Below, piece after piece: positions 54,823 through 63,728 of a DNA stretch of 64,000 nucleotides. Origin of the DNA: a candidate division WOR-3 bacterium (GTDB lineage: Bacteria > Hydrothermota > UBA3073 > JACQXS01 > JAGMCI01); contig JAGMCI010000014.1 in assembly GCA_023129325.1 (NCBI GenBank), positions 2,123 through 66,122 of the forward strand. The letters run 5' to 3'. A program made the position numbers and the translations under genes. Below the pieces are notes generated by a model. It was not told the origin of the DNA. It worked only from the letters and a program-made list of their open reading frames with translations, and searched no databases. Position 1 is the stretch's first letter. Every line of letters begins with the position of its first letter.

Positions 54823-55927
54823 ACTATTAATCATTCAGGGATATGGGACTCAAGAAGGGGGTAACATCACCTTCATACGCCACTTGGTAAATTATATTGA
54901 CAAAACAAAGTTTGAAACAACGTTGTTATTCTTATCACCTGGCAAACTTGTAAACGAATTTCATAATAAAAGATTTAATGTAGCGGTCATAAAATCTGGA
55001 AAAGTTAGAAATATTTCACTTGGAGTAATAACTATTCTTAGAATTGTCTTTTTTATACATAAACACAAATTCAATGTTGTCTTCAGTAATGATTGCCGTG
55101 AACATATATACGGCGGCACCGCCGCCTGGCTTGCAGGTGTCCCATCAACTTTTTTCTGGCATGGTTTCTTTGCGCCTTTACCTTTACTTAAACTTGCACT
55201 TCTTGTTCCGACAAGTGCTATATTTACGAATAGTAAAGAAATCAAGCAAGCAATTGATAATTACTTAAATTATAAAAAGAAAACACGGTTTATAACACTT
55301 GGAGTAGAATTACCAAATTTACCATCTAAAAACGAACTTCGTGCCAAATTGGGTTTTGACTCCTGTATTCCAATAATTACACAAGTTTCCGTATTTCTGC
55401 CTTTTAAAGGACACAGGTATTTAATTGAAGCATCTTTAAAAATAATAAAAATCTTTCCTGAAACGAAATTTTTCATTGTAGGAAATGCTCCTTTTCCCGA
55501 GTTTAAATCATACAAAACCAAAATGGAAAACATAGTAAAGAACTTGGGATTGGAGAAAAACATTATGTTTTTGGGACACAGAGAAGATGTTTTAGAAATT
55601 ATGTCTGCTTCTGATATAATAGTTCATCCAATTGTAGCTCCTGAGCCATTTGGATTTATAATTCCAGAATCTTGGTCTTGTGCAAGACCTATAATTGCAT
55701 CAAATATAGGTGGACCAAAAGAAATTATAGAAGACGGAGTAGATGGAATTTTAATTCCCCCAAAAGACTCCAATACGTTAGCAAAAGTAACTTTACGACT
55801 TCTTAAAAATAAAAAACTTTGTAAAGAAATGGGCAAAAATGGAAGAAAAAAAGTGGAAAAATATTTTCGGGCAAACAAGATGGTAAAAGAAATAGAGGAA
55901 ATATGGCTCAATTTAATACACTCATAA
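54809..55927 (+). CDS. Glycosyltransferase, GT4
   Basis: HPIVAPEPFGFIIPESWSCARPIIASNIGGPKEII block. Confidence 0.8.
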   Translation: MKKLKLLIIQGYGTQEGGNITFIRHLVNYIDKTKFETTLLFLSPGKLVNEFHNKRFNVAVIKSGKVRNISLGVITILRIVFFIHKHKFNVVFSNDCREHIYGGTAAWLAGVPSTFFWHGFFAPLPLLKLALLVPTSAIFTNSKEIKQAIDNYLNYKKKTRFITLGVELPNLPSKNELRAKLGFDSCIPIITQVSVFLPFKGHRYLIEASLKIIKIFPETKFFIVGNAPFPEFKSYKTKMENIVKNLGLEKNIMFLGHREDVLEIMSASDIIVHPIVAPEPFGFIIPESWSCARPIIASNIGGPKEIIEDGVDGILIPPKDSNTLAKVTLRLLKNKKLCKEMGKNGRKKVEKYFRANKMVKEIEEIWLNLIHS

Positions 55928-56667
55928 ATAAAGTAATAACTTCAGAAAGATGGTTTCCGGAAACTTTTAAAAAAGATATAGACTTTAGATATCTTCTTAC
56001 AAAACATTATTGCAAAGACAAAGTCGTCTTAGATGCCGGATGTGGAGTTGGATATGGAGCTACTATATTAGCTGCCACTGCAAGAAAGGTTTTCGCTGTG
56101 GATTATTCGAAAGAGACCATAAATTATGCAAAAACTAATTATAAAGCATCGGAACTTTCATACCTTGTCATGAATGTAAAAGAACTTGGTTTTAAACCTC
56201 ATAGCTTCGATAGAGTAGTAACCATTGAAGTTTTTGAGCATTTCCGTGAATATAATACTTTCCTTTTTGAAGTTAAAAGAGTATTAAAAACAAATGGCAC
56301 TTTTATTATGAGTACTCCAAACAAAGTTTTCCATACCATTGACCAAAAGGGCTTAAAATATTATGAACCTTACCATGTAAACTTAGTTAACTTCAAGACT
56401 TTAAAAAAAATCTTAAATAACTATTTTTCATCTGTGAAAATATGGGGAATAGGAAAACATAAAAATCATTTTTATAAATTATTGCAACTGCTTGACTTTT
56501 TAAATTTCCGACTTTTTTTAAAAGAGAAACAGCGAAAAATAATTAAAAAAAATCCTGTATTTATAAATAATAGTGATTTAAAATATAAGGAAGAAATTGA
56601 ATTAAAATCTGTAAATCATTGGAATGCTCATACATTTCAAGGATTCTTTGCTGTATGTGAAATATGA
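55903..56667 (+). CDS. Class I SAM-dependent methyltransferase
   Basis: VLDAGCGVGYGA and TIEVFEHF motifs. Confidence 0.8.
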   Translation: MAQFNTLINKVITSERWFPETFKKDIDFRYLLTKHYCKDKVVLDAGCGVGYGATILAATARKVFAVDYSKETINYAKTNYKASELSYLVMNVKELGFKPHSFDRVVTIEVFEHFREYNTFLFEVKRVLKTNGTFIMSTPNKVFHTIDQKGLKYYEPYHVNLVNFKTLKKILNNYFSSVKIWGIGKHKNHFYKLLQLLDFLNFRLFLKEKQRKIIKKNPVFINNSDLKYKEEIELKSVNHWNAHTFQGFFAVCEI

Positions 56668-57461
56668 AAATTAAAATATGCATAACAGTAGATATGGAAC
56701 AAGATATCCCTCCAATTATGCAAACATATAAAGGAATAGAAATTGGTATTCCCTATCTTTTAAATATCTTCAAGACTTATAAAGTAAAAGCAACATTCTT
56801 TGCAACAGGTAATATCGCAGATAAATATCCAAAAATAATTTCTGAAATAATAAATAGAGGTCACGAGATTGGCTGTCATGGAATGTGGCATGAAGATTTA
56901 AGCGCATCGAATTACCAAGATAAGTCAAACAGAATTAGTGAAGCGACTCGGATAATAGAAGATATTGTGGGAGAAAAAATTGTGAGCTTCAGAGCTCCTT
57001 ATCATTTGATAAATGCTGAATTGCTTTCTGTTTTGGAGTCACACGGTTATCTTATAGAAGCATCTAAATTTCAGAAGTCAGAAGTCAGAAGTCAGAAGTC
57101 AGATATGCCTTACTATCCAAATAATATGAAGATATTGAGAGTGCCATTATCTCTTCCTCCCGCTTCTTACTTCCCGCTTCTTACTTCCCGCTTCTTACTT
57201 TCTTTATACAATATGTCCTGGATTCTTGGATATAAATATGCAGTTTTCAAACAAAGAAGAGAAAAAATAAAAGTTATAATTCTTGGCTCTCATTCATGGG
57301 AATTCGTGGACATTCCTGAATCTCCTGAGAATTATAGGAAAATATATGGTAAACACTCACGGGATAAATTAAATGAATTATTTAAATATTTGAATCCGTC
57401 AGCTGACGGAAAGAATGTAGAATTTATAACTATAAAAGAACTGCTTAAATATGATTTCTAA
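56664..57461 (+). CDS. Polysaccharide deacetylase-family protein with three in-frame repeat insertions
   Basis: KATFFATGNIADKYP...GHEIGCHGMWHE and SFRAPY motifs. Confidence 0.8.
   Translation: MKIKICITVDMEQDIPPIMQTYKGIEIGIPYLLNIFKTYKVKATFFATGNIADKYPKIISEIINRGHEIGCHGMWHEDLSASNYQDKSNRISEATRIIEDIVGEKIVSFRAPYHLINAELLSVLESHGYLIEASKFQKSEVRSQKSDMPYYPNNMKILRVPLSLPPASYFPLLTSRFLLSLYNMSWILGYKYAVFKQRREKIKVIILGSHSWEFVDIPESPENYRKIYGKHSRDKLNELFKYLNPSADGKNVEFITIKELLKYDF
57071..57105. repeat. Perfect heptamer tandem array in frame
   Basis: (TCAGAAG)x4 at 57071-57098 followed by TCAGATA, encoding QKSEVRSQKSD. Confidence 0.9.
57151..57202. repeat. 14-nt tandem array in frame, roughly inverse to the TCAGAAG array
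   Basis: (CCCGCTTCTTACTT)x3 at 57159-57200, encoding PASYFPLLTSRFLL. Confidence 0.9.
57395..57410. repeat. Perfect 16-nt palindrome in frame
   Basis: TCCGTCAGCTGACGGA, encoding PSADG. Relatives are at 33791-33806 and 59554-59569. Confidence 0.8.
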
Positions 57462-58659
57462 AATACCAGTTGCCGAACCAGTAATAGGTGAAAAAGAGTT
57501 TAAATATGTAAATGATGCTTTAAAATCCTGCTGGGTATCCTATGGTAAATATATTGATGAGTTTGAAGCAAAATTCGCTTCATATTGCGGAGCAAAGCAT
57601 GGAATTGCTGTAACTAATGGCACAGTAGCTTTACACCTCGCATTGGTAAGTCTTAATATAGGGGAGAAAGATGAAGTTATACTTCCCACTCTTACATTTG
57701 CCTCTACTTGTGAAGCTGTTCTATATACACATGCAAAACCTGTATTTTGCGACTCAGAAAAGGATACCTGGTGTATTGACCCCACTAAAATTGAGAAAAA
57801 AATTAATCCAAATACAAAAGTTATAATTCCTGTGCATCTTTATGGTCATCCAGCTAATATGAAACCGATACTTGAAATTGCAAAAAAATATAATTTGTAT
57901 GTAATTGAAGATGCCTGTGAAGCTCATGGGGCAGAAATACAGATGTCAGAAGTTAGAAGTCAGAAGCAAGGGAATAAAAAGTCTTGGAAGAAAGTAGGAA
58001 GTTTTGGAGACATAGGAGTCTTTAGTTTTTATGGGAACAAAATCATCACTACAGGTCAAGGCGGAATGCTCATAACTGATAACAAAAAAATAGCTGATAG
58101 AGCAAGACTTTTGTATCAACATGCAATGGACCCACAGAAAAGATATTGGCATCTTGAACTTGGATACAATTATCAATTTACAAATCTTCAAGCCGCATTA
58201 GGAGTTGCACAGCTTGAGCAAATAGACTATTTTATAAAAAGAAAAAGGGAAATTGCAGAACTTTATACTTCACTTTTTAAAGATATCCCAGGTATAACAA
58301 CTCCAAAAGAAAAACACTGGGCAAAATCTGTTTTCTGGATTTATTCAATACTCATAGAACCAGAATTTGGAATCACAAGAGACAAATTGGCAATTAAATT
58401 AAAGGAACATGGAATAGAAACCAGACCAGTATTTTATCCATTACATCAAATGCCCCCTTACCTGCCTCGCCGTCTCCGTCCCGCTTCGCTTGTCGGAGCG
58501 GGGCAGGCAGGCAAGACTGGTGAACATTTTCCAGTGGCTGAAGAAATATCAAAAAAGGGATTAAGTTTGCCATCAAGTGTAAAGTTAAAAAAGAGTGATA
58601 TTAAAAAAGTAGTAAATGCAATTATAACAAGGGTTCAAGGAATCAAGAAGTCAAGCTAA
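57451..58659 (+). CDS. DegT/DnrJ/EryC1/StrS-family sugar aminotransferase with two in-frame repeat insertions
   Basis: FSFYGNKIITTGQGGMLITDN contains the PLP lysine. The layout is typical of the family. Confidence 0.85.
   Translation: MISKIPVAEPVIGEKEFKYVNDALKSCWVSYGKYIDEFEAKFASYCGAKHGIAVTNGTVALHLALVSLNIGEKDEVILPTLTFASTCEAVLYTHAKPVFCDSEKDTWCIDPTKIEKKINPNTKVIIPVHLYGHPANMKPILEIAKKYNLYVIEDACEAHGAEIQMSEVRSQKQGNKKSWKKVGSFGDIGVFSFYGNKIITTGQGGMLITDNKKIADRARLLYQHAMDPQKRYWHLELGYNYQFTNLQAALGVAQLEQIDYFIKRKREIAELYTSLFKDIPGITTPKEKHWAKSVFWIYSILIEPEFGITRDKLAIKLKEHGIETRPVFYPLHQMPPYLPRRLRPASLVGAGQAGKTGEHFPVAEEISKKGLSLPSSVKLKKSDIKKVVNAIITRVQGIKKSS
57946..57972. repeat. Heptamer array in frame
   Basis: TCAGAAG TTAGAAG TCAGAAG CAAGGG, encoding SEVRSQKQG. 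Confidence 0.8.
58457..58514. repeat. Long GC-rich imperfect hairpin in frame
   Basis: CTTACCTGCCTCGCCGTCTCCGTCCCGCTTCGCTTGTCGGAGCGGGGCAGGCAGGCAAG, encoding LPRRLRPASLVGAGQAGK. Confidence 0.8.
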
Positions 58660-58676
58660 TAAACTATAGTAAAAAG

Positions 58677-59966
58677 ATGAATATTTTAATAGCTGGTAAT
58701 GCTGACCTACCTCCCCCTTATGGAGGAATGGCAAGAAGAATTTCAAATAATGTTCGTGAATGGGAAAAATCTCATTTTGTTTCTATATTAACTTTTGGCA
58801 GAAAACCAAATCCCGGCTTAAAACATACAAAATTTTATAGTCTATATCCTGTAATTCACGAGTCTTTAAGAAAAATAGATTTCCTTAAAGGATTTATTAT
58901 TGCAAGTCAGAAAAGTGTAATACTTCTATTTTATTACTCATCGCTCTATAAGATAATAAAAAGGACTTTTGAATTGGTGCCGAGGGATTATAAATACGAG
59001 TTACTTCATTATCTTGGCTATGCTTGCAAATTATTGAAAATCATCAACAAGGACAAAATAGATATTATAGAGGCACAATGTGCATTTAAATATAGTCTTA
59101 TAGCTGAATTAGTAGGGGAATTTTCAGGTATCCCTGTCGTTATTTCTTCTTATGCTGAAGCAATATATTGGGAAGACAGAAAGGGTAAAGATTTAAGCAA
59201 ACGATACGATACGCTTTATAAATTGGTATATAATAAGGCCAAGAAAGTAATTTCTGCAAGTAAACATTGTGCTAAAGGACCTTTAAAATATATTTCTAAG
59301 AATAAGGTGGAAGTGGTTTACTCAAGCATTGACACACATCAATTTGATTCTTATTTTGATAAAGAGAAAGAAATCAAAAAAGAACTTGGTTATATTGATA
59401 ATAAAATTGTTTTATTTGTTGGACAGCTTTACTTAAGAAAAGGGCCTCAATACCTTGCAAAAGCATCAAGTGATATCATATCTCAATTTCCCAAGGTTAA
59501 AATTATATTTGTTGGCGAAGACTTTGGTGCAAAGAAAACAATTGTAGGAGCAATCCGTCGGCTGACGGATGAATTGCCCCTACATTCAAATAATATAATT
59601 TTCACAGGAAGGATAGATGATGAATATTTAAGGAAACTGTATGTTATTTCAGATGTTTTTGTCTTTCCAAGCATAACTGAAAATGAGTGCATGGGTATGT
59701 CAGCAAAAGAAGCGCTATCGGCAGGTGTCTCCGTAGTGGCATTTAAGATTGGCGGAATACCTGAAGCTGTGATAAATGGAAAAACAGGTTATCTTGTACC
59801 ACCAAGAGATGAGAAAAAGTTAGCTCAAAGTATTGTAAATTGCTTAATGCAAAATACAAAAGCAAAAATGAGAAATGAATGTCGTAAAAGAGCAAAAGAA
59901 TTATTTGATATAAAGGTCTCTGCTCAAAAGGAACTTCAAATATTAAAAAAGGTGAGAGGATTGTGA
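58677..59966 (+). CDS. Glycosyltransferase, GT4, with one in-frame hairpin insertion
   Basis: FPSITENECMGMSAKEALSAGVSVVAFKIGGIPEAV block. Confidence 0.8.
   Translation: MNILIAGNADLPPPYGGMARRISNNVREWEKSHFVSILTFGRKPNPGLKHTKFYSLYPVIHESLRKIDFLKGFIIASQKSVILLFYYSSLYKIIKRTFELVPRDYKYELLHYLGYACKLLKIINKDKIDIIEAQCAFKYSLIAELVGEFSGIPVVISSYAEAIYWEDRKGKDLSKRYDTLYKLVYNKAKKVISASKHCAKGPLKYISKNKVEVVYSSIDTHQFDSYFDKEKEIKKELGYIDNKIVLFVGQLYLRKGPQYLAKASSDIISQFPKVKIIFVGEDFGAKKTIVGAIRRLTDELPLHSNNIIFTGRIDDEYLRKLYVISDVFVFPSITENECMGMSAKEALSAGVSVVAFKIGGIPEAVINGKTGYLVPPRDEKKLAQSIVNCLMQNTKAKMRNECRKRAKELFDIKVSAQKELQILKKVRGL
59543..59584. repeat. Nested hairpin in frame
   Basis: TGTAGGAGCAA TCCGTCGGCTGACGGA TGAA TTGCCCCTACA. 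It is 14 codons long and encodes VGAIRRLTDELPLH. Confidence 0.85.
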
Positions 59967-60032
59967 AAGGTGAAATGTTAAATGTGAAAGGCGAAAACAT
60001 AAAACATTTAACAATTTTAATATTTTACTAAT

Positions 60033-61202
60033 ATGCGTATAGCCATAGTAGCTCATAATATTGTTAAGGAGGGAGACGGACAAGGAAAAGCAAATTATAA
60101 ACTTGCTCAATGGTTAATAGAACAAGGGCATAAAGTTTACTTATACGTCAATAAGGTAGAACCAAGTTTGAAAGGTACCGCAATTATCCATAGGATAAGA
60201 GTCCCTAAAAGACCTTTGATTTTGAAGATTCCTCTATTTTTAATTTTTGCAACTTTAAAGCTTCTTTACAAGAAATACAACATAATTCATATAAATAGTG
60301 GCACTTATTTTGGACATTACAATTTTTTGACTTGTCACTTTTGTCATACAGCATTTTTGAGTTATGAAACTGGTATTTACCATAAAGTTTACACATTATT
60401 CAATTCATGGATTGAGAGATTGATTTTCAAGAGAAGCGGTAAGATAATAACAGTATCATATCGTTTAAAAAAAGAACTAATAAATCTCTTAGGTGTTTTA
60501 CCTGAGAGAATTTTGGTCATGCCAAATGGAGTAGATACGAATAAGTTTAAACCACTCCGTGGTAAAAGTCGTGGTGAACCGCAGGTTAGAAAATTTAAAG
60601 ATAGATGCCAGTCGCGTTTTAAGGCAACTGAGGAGTCGCCGAAGGTAACCAAGGGCGAGCTTATCTTGCCAACTATAAAACTTCTTTTTATAGGTGAAAA
60701 TTCAATAAGGAAAGGATTGGATTTTTTAATTAAAGCAATGCAAGGAATAGATAAAGACATAACACTCCTAATAGCAGGTAGAAAAAAACATAAATATGAA
60801 AAGTTAGCAAAAGGACTGCAAGTAAAATTCTTAGACTTTTGTAAAAATAATGCTGAGTTGTACCATAATGCAGACATTTTTATACTTCCTTCTCTCTATG
60901 ACCCATTTGGAATTGTAGTATTAGAGGCAATGGCATCAGGTATTCCTGTGCTTGTATCTGAGTTAGCTGGAGTAAGTGAATTAATTCAAGACGGGGAAAA
61001 TGGTATACTAATAAATAATCCGAGAAACATAGATGAATTAAGAAGTAAAATACTCCTTCTCGCAAAAGATGAAGAGCTACGGAGTAGACTCAGCATTAAA
61101 GGAATAAAAACAGCAAACAGATATACCTGGTCTAAAATATTGGACCAGAAAGGAAACTTGTATTATGAAAGTCTTAATAGTAAGTCATTCGTGCATTATT
61201 GA
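60033..61202 (+). CDS. Glycosyltransferase, GT4, with a repeat-derived linker segment
   Basis: LPSLYDPFGIVVLEAMASGIPVLVSELAG block. Confidence 0.85.
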   Translation: MRIAIVAHNIVKEGDGQGKANYKLAQWLIEQGHKVYLYVNKVEPSLKGTAIIHRIRVPKRPLILKIPLFLIFATLKLLYKKYNIIHINSGTYFGHYNFLTCHFCHTAFLSYETGIYHKVYTLFNSWIERLIFKRSGKIITVSYRLKKELINLLGVLPERILVMPNGVDTNKFKPLRGKSRGEPQVRKFKDRCQSRFKATEESPKVTKGELILPTIKLLFIGENSIRKGLDFLIKAMQGIDKDITLLIAGRKKHKYEKLAKGLQVKFLDFCKNNAELYHNADIFILPSLYDPFGIVVLEAMASGIPVLVSELAGVSELIQDGENGILINNPRNIDELRSKILLLAKDEELRSRLSIKGIKTANRYTWSKILDQKGNLYYESLNSKSFVHY

Positions 61203-62322
61203 TGTAAATCAAAAGTATTTAATTGAATTAGCTAAATATCCGAAACTTAAAATTGGATTAATTGTCCCAAGTATTTTCCGTGATGACACTTTAAGAGTTA
61301 TAAGATTCAAGAAACATCCTAAACTTTGTATAAAGACATATGCTTTACCCCCTTTATTAAGTAACATACCAAATTTGAACATAAATCTTCACTTTTATCC
61401 AGTTTATAGAGAAGTTATAAAGAACTTTAAGCCAGACATTATTCACATAGAGGAAGAGCCCTACAGTTTATCTGCCTTTCAATTCACCTTAGCAAGAGGG
61501 GCATCCAAGAGTTTATTTTTTACAGAACAAAACATTTATAAAAAATATCCATTTCCTTTCAACAAATTTGAAAACTATGTCTATCATCAATCCTGTTGTG
61601 CCACAGCAGTGAGTGAAAATGCAAAGGATGTATTATTAAGAAAAGAGTACAGTAAAAAGATATTTTTAACCCCTCATGGAGTAGATTTAAAAATATTTCA
61701 TAAAAGAGCTGTAAATTCTCTAAAAGCAGATTTACATCTAAAAGGCTTTATAATAGGCTACATAGGGAGATTAACTCCAGAGAAAGGAGTGGAGATACTA
61801 ATAAAAGCAGCAAGCAAGTTAAGAAATATTTCAAAGACAGCTTTTTCTCTGCTCATTATTGGGAGTGGTATCCAGAAACACAGGATTCGTAATTTAGTAA
61901 ACAACTCAGGGCTAAAAGAAAGGACGCGTATTATTATAGGAGGTATTCCGCATAGTCTCGTCCCAGAATATTTAAATTGTATGGATGTTCTTGTTCTCCC
62001 ATCATTGACAATGAAAAATTGGAAGGAACAATTTGGTAGAGTTTTAATAGAAGCTTTAGCATGTGAAGTTCCAATAATAGGCTCTGACTCCGGCGAGATA
62101 CCCCATATTATTAAGAAAACAGAAGGTGGGCTCATTTTTTCTGAGGATAATGCAGAGTCTTTATCACATGCAATTATGACTCTAATAAAATCTCCCAAGC
62201 AAGGAAAGGAACTTGCAAGAAAAGGTGAGAAAATAGTTACTGAGTATTATTCCTTTAAAGCCGTTGCTGAAAGATTTTATAAAATATATGAGTATGTATC
62301 AAATTCAACAAAAACTTTTTAA
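61165..62322 (+). CDS. Glycosyltransferase, GT4
   Basis: EQFGRVLIEALACEVPIIGSDSGEIPHII block. Confidence 0.8.
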   Translation: MKVLIVSHSCIIDVNQKYLIELAKYPKLKIGLIVPSIFRDDTLRVIRFKKHPKLCIKTYALPPLLSNIPNLNINLHFYPVYREVIKNFKPDIIHIEEEPYSLSAFQFTLARGASKSLFFTEQNIYKKYPFPFNKFENYVYHQSCCATAVSENAKDVLLRKEYSKKIFLTPHGVDLKIFHKRAVNSLKADLHLKGFIIGYIGRLTPEKGVEILIKAASKLRNISKTAFSLLIIGSGIQKHRIRNLVNNSGLKERTRIIIGGIPHSLVPEYLNCMDVLVLPSLTMKNWKEQFGRVLIEALACEVPIIGSDSGEIPHIIKKTEGGLIFSEDNAESLSHAIMTLIKSPKQGKELARKGEKIVTEYYSFKAVAERFYKIYEYVSNSTKTF

Positions 62323-63016
62323 AACTTTTTTTGCTCATCCTGACAATATAAGATTGTTTTCTCAAGCTCCTATTGTTAGAAAATACATTAATTCAGTGGG
62401 ACAGACATCTTGTCTGTCATCAATTGCAATAGATATTGGTTGTGGTACTGGACGGTATACAAAATTTTTAACTCAAGTTTCTAATTTTGTAGTTGCAATT
62501 GACCCAAATTTTGAAGCATTAAAAAGAGTTCGTGCCAAACATATACCTGCGAAACTTATTCAAGGAGAAGTAGAAAAGCTCCCTTTTAAATCAAAATCTT
62601 TTTCGCTTGCTCTTTTATTAGAAGTTATAGAACACATATACAATGATAAATCTGGATTAAAAGAAATCAACAGAATTTTAAAACTTGACAAAAACCTTAT
62701 ATTAAGTACTCCTTATCCACCCCCAGTTTACCCTGATAAGCTTCACAAAAGGGTTGGATACACCAAAAATCAAATATTTAACTTACTTAAAAGTTCGGGT
62801 TTTAAACCAATAAGTTATAATCTTTGTATGTTCTGGTGGTCAAGAATCCTCTTAAAATTTGCAGTTAACTTTATGTCAATATTTAAATTTCCTCCTCCAA
62901 TACTTCCTTTGCTTAAAATTGAGAAAGTACTTAAAAGAAAAAACCCGTTTGATATTATCGTAAAAGCGAAAACTTATTTATCAATAGGAAAAAATGAAAA
63001 GAGTTATAGTTTGTAA
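62264..63016 (+). CDS. Class I SAM-dependent methyltransferase
   Basis: AIDIGCGTGRYT and LLEVIEHI motifs. The true start is probably an internal Met at 62288 or 62294. Confidence 0.75.
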   Translation: MLKDFIKYMSMYQIQQKLFKTFFAHPDNIRLFSQAPIVRKYINSVGQTSCLSSIAIDIGCGTGRYTKFLTQVSNFVVAIDPNFEALKRVRAKHIPAKLIQGEVEKLPFKSKSFSLALLLEVIEHIYNDKSGLKEINRILKLDKNLILSTPYPPPVYPDKLHKRVGYTKNQIFNLLKSSGFKPISYNLCMFWWSRILLKFAVNFMSIFKFPPPILPLLKIEKVLKRKNPFDIIVKAKTYLSIGKNEKSYSL

Positions 63017-63728
63017 AATTATATTTCTAATTTCATTGTTATTGGAAGTTTTTACTATAATCAATGTAGAAAAAGATAATAGATTATTTGATACCATTGT
63101 GAGAGAAACAACTCTTAATAAAAAAGAAAAAGAGAAAATATTAGCCCTTTTCAACTGGACTCATATAAATGTAAAAATCAGAAATGGCTTACCACCTTTT
63201 GATTGGTTTATAACACCAAGAAGTGTATTGACTCATGGTTCAAATTGTGGCGGTTTCTCAAAGGTTTTTGCTGTTCTTTTAAGAAGAGACGGCTTCCCTG
63301 CAAGATTACTTTTCCTTTACCAGAATAAAATTCCAGTCCATGTGGTCACTGAAGTATATCATAAAAAGAGATGGGTTGTGTTTGACCCTTTCTATGGATA
63401 TTATTATCCAATGAACGATACACTTCTTGCTACTGCAGAAGATTTAAAAAGAAACCCAAATTTACTTCAAAAGTTTGTAAATAGAACTAAATACCCTATA
63501 AATTTTTATACCTATCAAGATGTAAGAAGAACAAACTGGACAAAAATTCCTATTATTTCGTCTAAAGTATATAAATTAATTAGAATAATCATAGGAGAAA
63601 AAGTAGATAAGATTGCTTTAAATGTGATTACCTTAAGAATAAAAATTCTTCTTACATATTGTCTCTTAATTCCAATAGTTATTTGTGGTTTCTTTATTGT
63701 TAAGTCAAACTTAAGAAAATCCAAATAA
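62994..63728 (+). CDS. Membrane-anchored transglutaminase-like cysteine protease-fold protein
   Basis: N- and C-terminal TM segments. Candidate Cys-His-Asp triad in GSNCGGFSKVF, HVVTEVY and VVFDP. Confidence 0.65.
   Translation: MKRVIVCKIIFLISLLLEVFTIINVEKDNRLFDTIVRETTLNKKEKEKILALFNWTHINVKIRNGLPPFDWFITPRSVLTHGSNCGGFSKVFAVLLRRDGFPARLLFLYQNKIPVHVVTEVYHKKRWVVFDPFYGYYYPMNDTLLATAEDLKRNPNLLQKFVNRTKYPINFYTYQDVRRTNWTKIPIISSKVYKLIRIIIGEKVDKIALNVITLRIKILLTYCLLIPIVICGFFIVKSNLRKSK

Noticed and set aside
8181-59584. Inteins as an explanation for the in-frame insertions
   Set aside because: The inserts are 10-36 codons long, are repetitive, and lack intein splicing motifs (Cys/Ser at the N-terminus, His-Asn at the C-terminus).
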